Source: a virus
Lineage: Duplodnaviria > Caudoviricetes
Direction: 5' to 3' (one strand)
DNA length: 64,000 bases
Virus record (IMG/VR): IMGVR_UViG_3300024181_000003
Coordinates: 1 to 64,000 of that record
Shown piece by piece: positions 1 through 7,065 of the stretch. The notes under the pieces are model-generated. The model searched no databases. It saw only the letters and a program-made list of their open reading frames with translations, and was not told the origin of the DNA. The position numbers were made by a program, and so were the translations under genes. Each line of letters starts with the position of its first letter. Position 1 is the stretch's first letter.

Positions 1-216
1 CGTGCTTTGAGTTTCCACCACCGTGACCCAAAAACGAAATTGTTCGGTATCGCTCGTCCGTCAACTGTTAGTTGGGAGAAGATAAAAGCCGAACTCGATA
101 AATGTGATCTGTTCTGTATGAACTGTCACATGGAAATCGAAGAAGAAATCTACTGGGGTGTGGCTCAATCTGGTACAGCAGACGACTGTTACTCGTCCAT
201 CGCGCAAGCGAATTGA
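1..216 (+). CDS. HNH endonuclease, 5'-truncated by window edge; 3' end runs into tRNA-Asn
   Basis: Open frame from base 1 (RALSFHHRDP...ELDKCDLFCMNCHME); same motif layout as the HNH at 2688. Confidence 0.7.
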   Translation, partial: RALSFHHRDPKTKLFGIARPSTVSWEKIKAELDKCDLFCMNCHMEIEEEIYWGVAQSGTADDCYSSIAQAN

Positions 217-242
217 AGGTTCGAATCCTTCTGCCCCAGCCA
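154..242 (+). tRNA. tRNA-Asn(GTT) with atypical long variable arm
   Basis: Acceptor TGGGGTG/TGCCCCA, G73, CCA; anticodon arm GACGA-CTGTTAC-TCGTC; T arm GAAGG-TTCGAAT-CCTTC; 17-nt variable region. Confidence 0.85.
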
Positions 243-251
243 ATTTTCAGC

Positions 252-327
252 AGGAGAATCGTCTAGCGGCCTAGGACGGCGGACTCCAAACCCGCCTACG
301 GTGGTTCAAATCCATCTTCTCCTGCCA
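252..327 (+). tRNA. tRNA-Trp(CCA)
   Basis: AGGAGAA/TTCTCCT acceptor, loop CTCCAAA, GGTTCAAATCC, encoded CCA. Confidence 0.9.
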
Positions 328-388
328 AATTATAGTTCGTGCTGAGAATGTTGCCCGGCAGGCAACGCACAGACCACAAAGTATCAAC

Positions 389-474
389 GGTGTGTTGGCG
401 AAACGGTAGCCGCACATGTTTGCTAAACATGCAGCCGAGAGGCTGTGGAGGTTCAAGTCCTTCACACACCGCCA
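389..474 (+). tRNA. tRNA-Ser(GCT)
   Basis: GGTGTGT/ACACACC acceptor, CATGT-TTGCTAA-ACATG, variable arm CAGCC-GAGA-GGCTG, G73, CCA. Confidence 0.92.
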
Positions 475-482
475 AGTTCTAC

Positions 483-571
483 AGAGGACAGCGAGCAACG
501 GTGCTCATCTGTCTTGAAAACAGCGACACGTTTCACCGCGTGACTCGGTTCGACTCCGGGGTCCTCTGCCA
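483..571 (+). tRNA. tRNA-Ser(TGA)
   Basis: AGAGGAC/GTCCTCT acceptor, loop CTTGAAA, long variable arm, GGTTCGACTCC, G73, CCA. Confidence 0.9.
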
Positions 572-615
572 TTTGAAACAAGTACATCAGAGGCCACAGG
601 CCCAAAAGATGACTT

Positions 616-1134
616 ATGAAAGACCACGAAGTGGATAGACATAGAAATATGTCTGCTCAACTAGGAATGCCTCGGGGTACCGCAGCAAACAGGCTTAGAA
701 AGCTGGTTTTGTTTGACGTGCTCCAAAGACACAAAGAGAACAACTGCTATCGATGCGGAAGTTTGATTGTTTCTGCTGATGAGCTTAGTATAGAGCACAA
801 ACAACCTTGGGAAAAAATAGATGTGAAGTTGTTTTGGGATTTGACAAACATTGCTTTTTCTCATTTGAGTTGTAATTGTGGCGCAGCAAGAAAACCATAT
901 AAAGGAAAACCGTCTCGTCAGCGCATTAAGTGCCCCGATGGGATGTCTTGGTGCCGAACGCACAAACAGTTTCTACTTGAGAACAGATTCAGTAAGCACA
1001 ATCAAACTTGGAACGGCATCAAGCGAGATTGTAAAGAGTGCGAAAAGAAATACAAAGACCGCATTCGATACGGCAAAGTTTCGGAGGACAGCGCAGACGG
1101 TCTGCAAACGGTTTCGAACACCGTGCTACCCTGA
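616..1134 (+). CDS. HNH-type endonuclease with C-terminal Cys/His zinc module; runs into tRNA-Ser(CGA)
   Basis: CYRCG...SIEHKQPW...SHLSCNC core, then CRTH...CKEC; AT-richer than flanks. Confidence 0.75.
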   Translation: MKDHEVDRHRNMSAQLGMPRGTAANRLRKLVLFDVLQRHKENNCYRCGSLIVSADELSIEHKQPWEKIDVKLFWDLTNIAFSHLSCNCGAARKPYKGKPSRQRIKCPDGMSWCRTHKQFLLENRFSKHNQTWNGIKRDCKECEKKYKDRIRYGKVSEDSADGLQTVSNTVLP

Positions 1135-1169
1135 AAGGGGTAACTGTTCAATTCAGTTCTCCTCCTCCA
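1083..1169 (+). tRNA. tRNA-Ser(CGA)-like, non-canonical
   Basis: ACGGT-TTCGAAC-ACCGT anticodon arm, ACCC-TGAAAG-GGGT variable arm, AACTG-TTCAATT-CAGTT T arm, CCA; C7.C66 mismatch, T73, D arm GCAGA-CGG-TCTGC. Confidence 0.65.
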
Positions 1170-1172
1170 TTT

Positions 1173-1246
1173 CCCCTGCAGGTGTGATGGTTGCACCTCC
1201 GACTGAAACTCGGCAGGACGTGGTTCGAATCCACGGCTCGGGACCA
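1173..1246 (+). tRNA. tRNA-Phe(GAA)
   Basis: Loop CTGAAAC, CGTGG-TTCGAAT-CCACG, ACCA end; two acceptor mismatches (CCCCTGC/GCTCGGG). Confidence 0.75.
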
Positions 1247-1374
1247 ATTTTGCGGACGGCCTAGCCAGCCTGTCAAGAGAGCAGTGTACCGTTGGCACCG
1301 GGCGCTTTAGCGACACTATCGTTGAAGGCTTGACACACTTCGCAACGTCGCTCTCGCCGCAATAAAATTTCTGT

Positions 1375-1450
1375 TGAGCGATGGTGTAACTGGCAACACG
1401 GTGGGCTTTGAACCCATCAGATAAAGGTTCGAATCCTTTTCACTCAACCA
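1375..1450 (+). tRNA. tRNA-Gln(TTG) copy 1
   Basis: GTGGG-CTTTGAA-CCCAT, AAAGG-TTCGAAT-CCTTT, T1-A72, CCA. Confidence 0.88.
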
Positions 1451-1555
1451 ATCTTTACCGCTTATGCGGGGCGCACGGTACGCCGAAGTTGTGCTCAACC
1501 CAAGTGGGTTGTTCCGAGGTGCGGTACATGGCCCTCGGCATGATGGAGTACCATC

Positions 1556-1654
1556 ATGCTATGTCCCGTGTGCAAACAGCCAAAAGCGTTTTTGATTTAC
1601 TGTCACCGCTTTAGAAAGCGCGTGTGCAAGCCATGTTGCAGAACACGGCACTAA
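1556..1654 (+). CDS. 32-aa zinc-finger microprotein (below the ORF-track cutoff)
   Basis: MLCPVCKQPKAFLIYCHRFRKRVCKPCCRTRH; CxxC...C...CxxC; GGAG 7 nt upstream of ATG. Confidence 0.55.
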   Translation: MLCPVCKQPKAFLIYCHRFRKRVCKPCCRTRH

Positions 1655-1760
1655 AATTTTAACGGCAGCTAGTCGAGGCCAAGGCCCCCGACCCGTGAAT
1701 CCCATTTAGGGGGTTTGCGGTCAGGACCTCCTAAATATGAGAATCTCACAAGGAGTATCT

Positions 1761-2270
1761 ATGAGAGATCATATAATCTCTTTGTCCCACGAGGACAGAG
1801 AGTTCATACGGAGGCTCTTGATGGCACTTACTCAAGACCTAGCAGCATCGATCAGTACGTTGGCAACAGCGGTTGATCAACTGTCGGCTCGTATCGGTAA
1901 CGGTGGACCGCAGTCTGGGTTCAGCGTTTCTGACGCGAACGTACAGTCAGCAATCGACGGCGTGAACGCGCAGACGGCTCGTCTGAATGCTTTGCTTCCG
2001 GCTTCAAACCCGGGCGCACCGCAAATCAGCAACGTGTCGCCTTCGTCAGCCCCAGTAGGAACCCAGATCACAATCGACGGTTCCGGCTTCGGCGCATCGG
2101 CAGGTAGCAGCACCGTGAAGTTCAACGGTATGGCAACCGCGCCGGACGCGAACAGCAAGTGGAGCGACACCCAGATCACCATCGACGTGCCTAACGGCGC
2201 TACGAGCGGTGGCTTGGTTGTGAACGTGAATGGCGTAGACAGTAATGCATTCGCCTTCACCGTAGCCTAA
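1761..2270 (+). CDS. IPT/TIG (Ig-like) domain protein with helical N-terminus
   Basis: PQISNVSPSSAPVGTQITIDGSGFG...VKFNG...WSDTQITIDVP; AAGGAG RBS; alternative start 1821. Confidence 0.75.
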   Translation: MRDHIISLSHEDREFIRRLLMALTQDLAASISTLATAVDQLSARIGNGGPQSGFSVSDANVQSAIDGVNAQTARLNALLPASNPGAPQISNVSPSSAPVGTQITIDGSGFGASAGSSTVKFNGMATAPDANSKWSDTQITIDVPNGATSGGLVVNVNGVDSNAFAFTVA

Positions 2271-2271
2271 A

Positions 2272-2493
2272 ATGGCAACGCTCAACATCAGTACGCAGTC
2301 ATTGACTGCGAACTGGGGTGGTATCCTCGGAGTCGTTCTAGCGGTCTGGAATCAATACAGCCCAACGCTATCGAACTTCTTCACGAACCATCCACACATT
2401 GCACTCTGGGCTTCAATCGGAGCGATGGTAGCAGCTTTCTACGTTCAGGCGACGGCACCCGCAAAAGCGGTCACACCCGTAGCTAAGGCGTAA
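2272..2493 (+). CDS. small 2-TM membrane protein (holin-like)
   Basis: Two hydrophobic segments, basic C-terminus. Confidence 0.45.
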   Translation: MATLNISTQSLTANWGGILGVVLAVWNQYSPTLSNFFTNHPHIALWASIGAMVAAFYVQATAPAKAVTPVAKA

Positions 2494-2534
2494 ACAAAAT
2501 CCCCGGGGCCTAAAAATCCCGGGACTATTTCTGT

Positions 2535-2609
2535 TGCTCTCTCGTTCAACTGGCAGGACAACGGTCTTTGAAACCGTGAATGAAGGTTCGAATCCTTCAT
2601 GAGCAACCA
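2535..2609 (+). tRNA. tRNA-Gln(TTG) copy 2
   Basis: ACGGT-CTTTGAA-ACCGT, GAAGG-TTCGAAT-CCTTC, CCA; mismatches at 6:67 and 7:66. Confidence 0.8.
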
Positions 2610-2687
2610 ATTTAGGTTTTCGGGTAGCTCCCGAGAACTAGATGGGGAGAGCCTATACTCTCCCTGTCGCTCTTATAGGAGAGTCAA

Positions 2688-3182
2688 ATGAAGATATGTT
2701 CGAGATGCGGCGTCCCAAAACACGTTCGTTATTTCGGTTTCAGAACGAATGGCCGTCCCCGATCTTGGTGCAAGAAATGCAAAAGAGAACACGACAGACG
2801 TAGTTACCACACCAAGCCGAAACAAAAAGAGTCTGTGCGAGAAAGCAACAAAGAGCACATAAAACGTAACAAAGACTTTGTTAGAGATCATCTAATGTCT
2901 CACCCTTGTGTGGATTGCGGAGAGGCAGACATCGTTGTTCTTGATTTTGACCATGTTAGAGGCGAGAAGGTAAACAACGTCGCAAACATGGTGAATCAAG
3001 GACACAGCTTAGAATCTCTCAAAGAAGAGATCGCTAAATGCGAAGTTCGTTGCGCCAACGACCACAGACGTCGAACACACGAACGAAGAAAAAGTTTATT
3101 GCCCGATAGTGCAACCGGTAGCACGCCGCTCTCTGAAAGCGGAAGTTTTGGTCCGAATCCAAATCAGGCAACCATTTTATAA
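2688..3182 (+). CDS. HNH endonuclease; last 25 codons read through tRNA-Gln(CTG)
   Basis: N-terminal CSRCG...CKKC zinc finger; CVDCG...LDFDHV...KCEVRCANDH core. Confidence 0.8.
   Translation: MKICSRCGVPKHVRYFGFRTNGRPRSWCKKCKREHDRRSYHTKPKQKESVRESNKEHIKRNKDFVRDHLMSHPCVDCGEADIVVLDFDHVRGEKVNNVANMVNQGHSLESLKEEIAKCEVRCANDHRRRTHERRKSLLPDSATGSTPLSESGSFGPNPNQATIL
3100..3174 (+). tRNA. tRNA-Gln(CTG)
   Basis: TGCCCGA/TCAGGCA acceptor, CCGCT-CTCTGAA-AGCGG, T loop TCCGAAT (C in place of T55), CCA. Confidence 0.82.
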
Positions 3183-3193
3183 AGCAGCATCAC

Positions 3194-3224
3194 AAGCCTC
3201 GGCATAGCCGGGGCTTTTCTTTTT
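3194..3224 (+). terminator. rho-independent terminator closing the tRNA cluster
   Basis: AAGCCTCGGC-ATA-GCCGGGGCTT followed by TTCTTTTT. Confidence 0.8.
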
Positions 3225-3234
3225 GGAGAACAGC

Positions 3235-3594
3235 ATGGCAGCCACTCGTGAAGCAATTCTCGGACAACTCGGCGGTACATCTTGGGCCACGGCACTGCCG
3301 CAAGTGACGCCCAATGGTGTAGCCCCTCAGAATCTTGACATCCTGCAGATCGTCGATATCACCGGACAGAACGTCCTGTTGAACGTCGATTATCTCGGCG
3401 CGGTTCATAACCCGGCGTCCGGTGCTACCAACGGCACCCGCTGCGGCGTGTTCGCAACAACCCTAGGCTCAGGTACCACAGCAGCACTCTTCGCCAACGC
3501 ATTCACAAACCCGGACAACTCTGACATCCTCCAAGTTGTTTCCCCGGGCGGCAACGTTCCCAAGTACATCGACTATCTCGGCGTTTCTCACTAA
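3235..3594 (+). CDS. hypothetical (virion-associated?) protein with two internal repeats
   Basis: DILQIV...VDYLGAVH and DILQVV...IDYLGVSH; GGAG RBS. Confidence 0.6.
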   Translation: MAATREAILGQLGGTSWATALPQVTPNGVAPQNLDILQIVDITGQNVLLNVDYLGAVHNPASGATNGTRCGVFATTLGSGTTAALFANAFTNPDNSDILQVVSPGGNVPKYIDYLGVSH

Positions 3595-3679
3595 GCTGCG
3601 CTATTCCCATGTCGTGGCAGCGTCGTTGTCCTCGTTGTGGGCGTGAACTTCGAAAGTTGAACCCGGCAGACATTCTCGT

Positions 3680-3979
3680 GTGTCTGTGCGGTTGGATATG
3701 GAAATGACTAAGAAAGAGCTTGAGAAAAAAGTTGCAGACCTCGAAGCGAAAGTCGCAGAGCTAACCTCTGCGATGCTCGCTTTGTCTTTGCGCCAAATTA
3801 AAGAGTATGTGTTTCTTCCGGCACAGCAACCAGTCACCGTGCCGAACGTTCCGTACACGCCGTACCCGTATCCGTACATTGGCGACCCAGTGCCCGGCAC
3901 GCCGGGCTACTCGACGATCACATGCGGCACCAACGTGTTGACATCGAAAGGCTCAGGCAACTTTCAAATTTTTCAGTAA
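3680..3979 (+). CDS. hypothetical protein, coiled coil plus Pro/Tyr-rich tail
   Basis: KKELEKKVADLEAKVAEL heptads; PYTPYPYPY. Confidence 0.5.
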   Translation: MSVRLDMEMTKKELEKKVADLEAKVAELTSAMLALSLRQIKEYVFLPAQQPVTVPNVPYTPYPYPYIGDPVPGTPGYSTITCGTNVLTSKGSGNFQIFQ

Positions 3980-4098
3980 AAGTTTCTGTGGCTCAACCAC
4001 AGACAATGGTAATTCGCTAGCACGTTCAAAGCGTCTTCCCAAAAAGCATCCCGCAGGTGGCGAACCTATCGGCGGGGTGTACACATAAGGAAAACCAA

Positions 4099-4713
4099 AT
4101 GCAAGTAGTAGCAGATTTTCAAGTAAATGGTTTGTTCCCGGCTACCGTCGGTGGCACCGGAACGACCGTGAAGTACTTCCCTCGTAACGTAGCCAGCGCA
4201 GCTGGTGCGTCTTGGGTCGCAGCACCTGCAACCCCGTCCTCGACCTCACCGGTCGGCGCACTCTGGGTTCCGGGCGACAACAAGCTGAACGGCCAGCACT
4301 TCCGTGTCAACGTATCCGGCTCGGCAATCGCAGGCGCTTCGGCAGGTTCGGAAACAGTTACTTTCGGCTTGTACGCAGTTACCGGCTCGTTGGCATCTCC
4401 GACCTACACTCTGTTGAACTCGTCGGCGGTTCTGACCCCGGCGGTTGACGGCGTGCAGCACAACTTCTCGATCGTTGCTGACATGTTCGGCAACACGGAC
4501 AGCGGCATCGTCGGCGGTTCGCAGTACACCGTGATCGACAACACCGTAACGGCGACGGCAGCACTTGCCAGCTCGCTGACCGGCATCAACTTCGGTTCGG
4601 GCAACACGTCGCTGTATCAGGCGGCTCCGTTCGGACTCGTAGTCGGTGTGACCTTCTCTGTGTCGAACTCGGCCAACGCAGCCAAGCTGTACCAGTTCAA
4701 CATCGAAGCGTAA
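4099..4713 (+). CDS. beta-rich structural/decoration protein
   Basis: AAGGA RBS; Gly/Ser/Thr-rich; strong phage codon bias. Confidence 0.6.
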   Translation: MQVVADFQVNGLFPATVGGTGTTVKYFPRNVASAAGASWVAAPATPSSTSPVGALWVPGDNKLNGQHFRVNVSGSAIAGASAGSETVTFGLYAVTGSLASPTYTLLNSSAVLTPAVDGVQHNFSIVADMFGNTDSGIVGGSQYTVIDNTVTATAALASSLTGINFGSGNTSLYQAAPFGLVVGVTFSVSNSANAAKLYQFNIEA

Positions 4714-4867
4714 TCGGTACCTCAACGTGGGGGGTTGCCGATTAGGCAGCCCTCGCAAAATCTTTGCATGGCGGCCTGTCAACAACACGATTCGACGACC
4801 CCTGCAATACCGTGTGAAAGCCACAGCATGGCCCGTTACAGCCGGACCTCTTATTCAAAGGGAACCC

Positions 4868-5167
4868 ATGTTCGACCCAGCCAGTCTCACTCTGGGCCAA
4901 ATATCATCAGCACTTCGGGATTTCACAGTTATTGGAGTTTTGGTTACTATCACTTGGAAGTCCAGAGGTCTGTACGAGGGTGCCAGAGGTTTTATTGATC
5001 GTCTGACAACACACATGACCGTGATGGAAACTGGGATGGAAAAGCTGTTGAACAACCACTTGGCCCATATCCAACAGGATTTAAATCGAGTAGCACGGTA
5101 TCAGGTTCGGGCGACAGACTCCGAACAGGATGCGTATGATAAGTTTGATCAGACAGGAACGGAGTAG
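4868..5167 (+). CDS. single-TM coiled-coil protein (holin/antiholin-like)
   Basis: One hydrophobic segment then LLNNHLAHIQQDL coiled coil. Confidence 0.45.
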   Translation: MFDPASLTLGQISSALRDFTVIGVLVTITWKSRGLYEGARGFIDRLTTHMTVMETGMEKLLNNHLAHIQQDLNRVARYQVRATDSEQDAYDKFDQTGTE

Positions 5168-5169
5168 TT

Positions 5170-5358
5170 ATGCCATTTGTTTCGAGGGCACAACAAGGAT
5201 GGGCACACGCCCACCCGGAAGAGTTCGGTAAAAAGAATCTAGCCGAGTTCGATGCTGCGACCAAAGGGTCACACAACCTACCCGAGCACGTTCATAAAGG
5301 CAAGCCGTCTTACAAGATGGCGCACGAAGCACGCAACAAGGCGAATAAAAATGGCTGA
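5170..5358 (+). CDS. small His/Lys-rich hypothetical protein
   Basis: GGAG RBS; MPFVSRAQQGWAHAHPE. Confidence 0.6.
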   Translation: MPFVSRAQQGWAHAHPEEFGKKNLAEFDAATKGSHNLPEHVHKGKPSYKMAHEARNKANKNG

Positions 5359-6184
5359 TGGGCTTGTACAAATCTCCTCTGGTGTACAAAGATGGGCGTT
5401 GGCTTTTGTCGGTGGCAAAGACACGGGTGATCAGCCTAAGTCTTGTTTTAACTGCCCGTTTCTTTATATAAACCAGAAACGTTGTCAAATTCACGGCCCG
5501 GACATCGTTATTGATCGGGTCATGAAGGACGGCGAAGTTTACACGCCTGTGTGCGTTTATCAGCGTGGTGGTACGCCTCTCGCAGTCGGAGATGACGAGG
5601 TCGTCTATAATGTCAATACTCTGGGTGAGAAAGCGGCAGATCAAACTGGGCTAGAGTGGGCCAAGAGTTCTACCGGAACTAATTGCGGTGGATTTAAGCA
5701 AGGGGCACCATGCAAACACTTCCATGTGACGGATGGGAAGGGTGAAGATGGTATCTGTCTCTTGATGTCCAAAGACCAAGATGAAGCCAGCGATGCGATG
5801 TCGGAGCACAAAGGACAGAGCGTTGATTGGGATGATTGCTGTGATGGACACGAAGGCGAGAACATATCTTGGCACGAGGCCCAGAAGTTGATGCCGAAAG
5901 AGAAGGAAGACGTCATGAAGAAGCACAAGTTTGGCAGCACGACCATCGAACACCACGCCGATGGTAGCGCAACGATCGAGCACAACCACGAAGACGGCGA
6001 GGGCATGGGCGTCAAGCACGCCGTAATGGACCTCGACGAACTGCACGACAGCCTCGAAGATCACCTACGTGACCCCGAGGAGATCGAAGAAGCCCTTGAA
6101 AAGAAGGGCATCGACCCGGAGAAAGTCGAGGAAGCAATTTCGCCCGGCATTCACGAGAAGATGGAAGAACTCCTAGAGGACTAA
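5351..6184 (+). CDS. Cys-rich (two HiPIP-like modules?) plus His/acidic C-terminal domain protein
   Basis: CFNC..C..C and C..CKHF..C..CC clusters; IEHHADGS...LHDSLEDHL. Confidence 0.6.
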   Translation: MADGLVQISSGVQRWALAFVGGKDTGDQPKSCFNCPFLYINQKRCQIHGPDIVIDRVMKDGEVYTPVCVYQRGGTPLAVGDDEVVYNVNTLGEKAADQTGLEWAKSSTGTNCGGFKQGAPCKHFHVTDGKGEDGICLLMSKDQDEASDAMSEHKGQSVDWDDCCDGHEGENISWHEAQKLMPKEKEDVMKKHKFGSTTIEHHADGSATIEHNHEDGEGMGVKHAVMDLDELHDSLEDHLRDPEEIEEALEKKGIDPEKVEEAISPGIHEKMEELLED

Positions 6185-6185
6185 C

Positions 6186-6476
6186 ATGGAAGGCATGAAA
6201 AAGCACGCACATCACGGGTTCCACACAACCCACATCGAGCACCACGCCGACGGTTCACACACCGTTCACCACATGCACCACGAGGGTGATCACAAGAGTG
6301 TGAAGCACGCAGCGATGAGCCTCGACCACTTGCATGACAGCATGCAGGACCATCTCGGCACACCGAACCCGGGCGAAGCAGCGGCAGACGCTGGCGACCA
6401 CGGAGTTCCGGCAGCGCAGGCTGCACCGGCAGGATTGCCGATGCCAGCCCCGGCAGCAGGACCGGCAGGAGCCTAA
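6186..6476 (+). CDS. His-rich protein paralogous to the C-terminus of the previous gene
   Basis: IEHHADGSHTVHHMHHEGD...VKHAAMSLDHLHDSMQDHL. Confidence 0.65.
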   Translation: MEGMKKHAHHGFHTTHIEHHADGSHTVHHMHHEGDHKSVKHAAMSLDHLHDSMQDHLGTPNPGEAAADAGDHGVPAAQAAPAGLPMPAPAAGPAGA

Positions 6477-6477
6477 C

Positions 6478-6666
6478 ATGGCAAAGAATCCTTCGCTCTA
6501 CAGAGCGATTCACCACATGCGTAAGGGTGGTTTGCACCGCGCTCTTGGCGTACCCGAGGGTGAGAACATCCCGGCTGAGAAGTTGGCCGCAGCGAAGCAC
6601 TCATCGAACCCCCATGTCGTTCACATGGCCAATTTTGCGTCTACGCTCAAAGGCTTTAAGAAGTAA
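6478..6666 (+). CDS. small basic phage protein
   Basis: KGGLHRALGVPEGENIPAEKL motif, recalled from small phage packaging-region proteins. Confidence 0.6.
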   Translation: MAKNPSLYRAIHHMRKGGLHRALGVPEGENIPAEKLAAAKHSSNPHVVHMANFASTLKGFKK

Positions 6667-6989
6667 TGGGCGTCTGTGTCAAGATCACAGACTTTCTCAA
6701 GGCACGCTCTGAATACCTCGCAAAGGCGTTCAGCGACAACGGCCAACCAAGTTCGTCTCGCTTGCTGACAGTGCCTCACAGTCTAGCTGCGATATTCGTT
6801 TTGATCTATCTGACCATCAAGACCGGGCACTATCCCGGCCTCGATGAAGCAACAGGACTCGGCGCATTTGCGACAGTCCACTATGCGGTCAATCGTGGAA
6901 CCAACATGTTCGGCGGACAGAAGAAGGACAAGCCCGACCAGAACATCGACCCAACGCAGAACGCACAGAACACGCAGAACAAAGTTTAG
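6666..6989 (+). CDS. 2-TM membrane protein (holin-like)
   Basis: SSSRLL start, two hydrophobic helices, charged tail; TAATG coupling. Confidence 0.5.
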   Translation: MGVCVKITDFLKARSEYLAKAFSDNGQPSSSRLLTVPHSLAAIFVLIYLTIKTGHYPGLDEATGLGAFATVHYAVNRGTNMFGGQKKDKPDQNIDPTQNAQNTQNKV

Positions 6990-7065
6990 TACCCGGAGCA
7001 GGGGGTCCCACGGGGGAGCCGGGATAAGCGGTGGTGCCTTGCCAAGGGCCGCTTAGAGAAAGACG

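Noticed and set aside
1083-1169. tRNA-Sec
   Set aside because: The D arm is Sec-like but the anticodon is CGA, not TCA, and the acceptor is not 8 bp.
1330-1360. Promoter at TTGACA near 1330
   Set aside because: No -10 element at 16-18 nt; the hexamer lies in a hairpin loop.
1452-1737. tmRNA or other named large ncRNA
   Set aside because: No alanyl-tRNA-like ends or T arm; the microprotein and leader explain much of the region.
154-3174. Stop-codon recoding
   Set aside because: No suppressor anticodon; long genes are open in code 11.
4040-4085. c-di-GMP-I riboswitch
   Set aside because: The CATCCCGC/GCGGGGTG stem resembles P2, but the GCAAA and GNRA P1 elements are missing.
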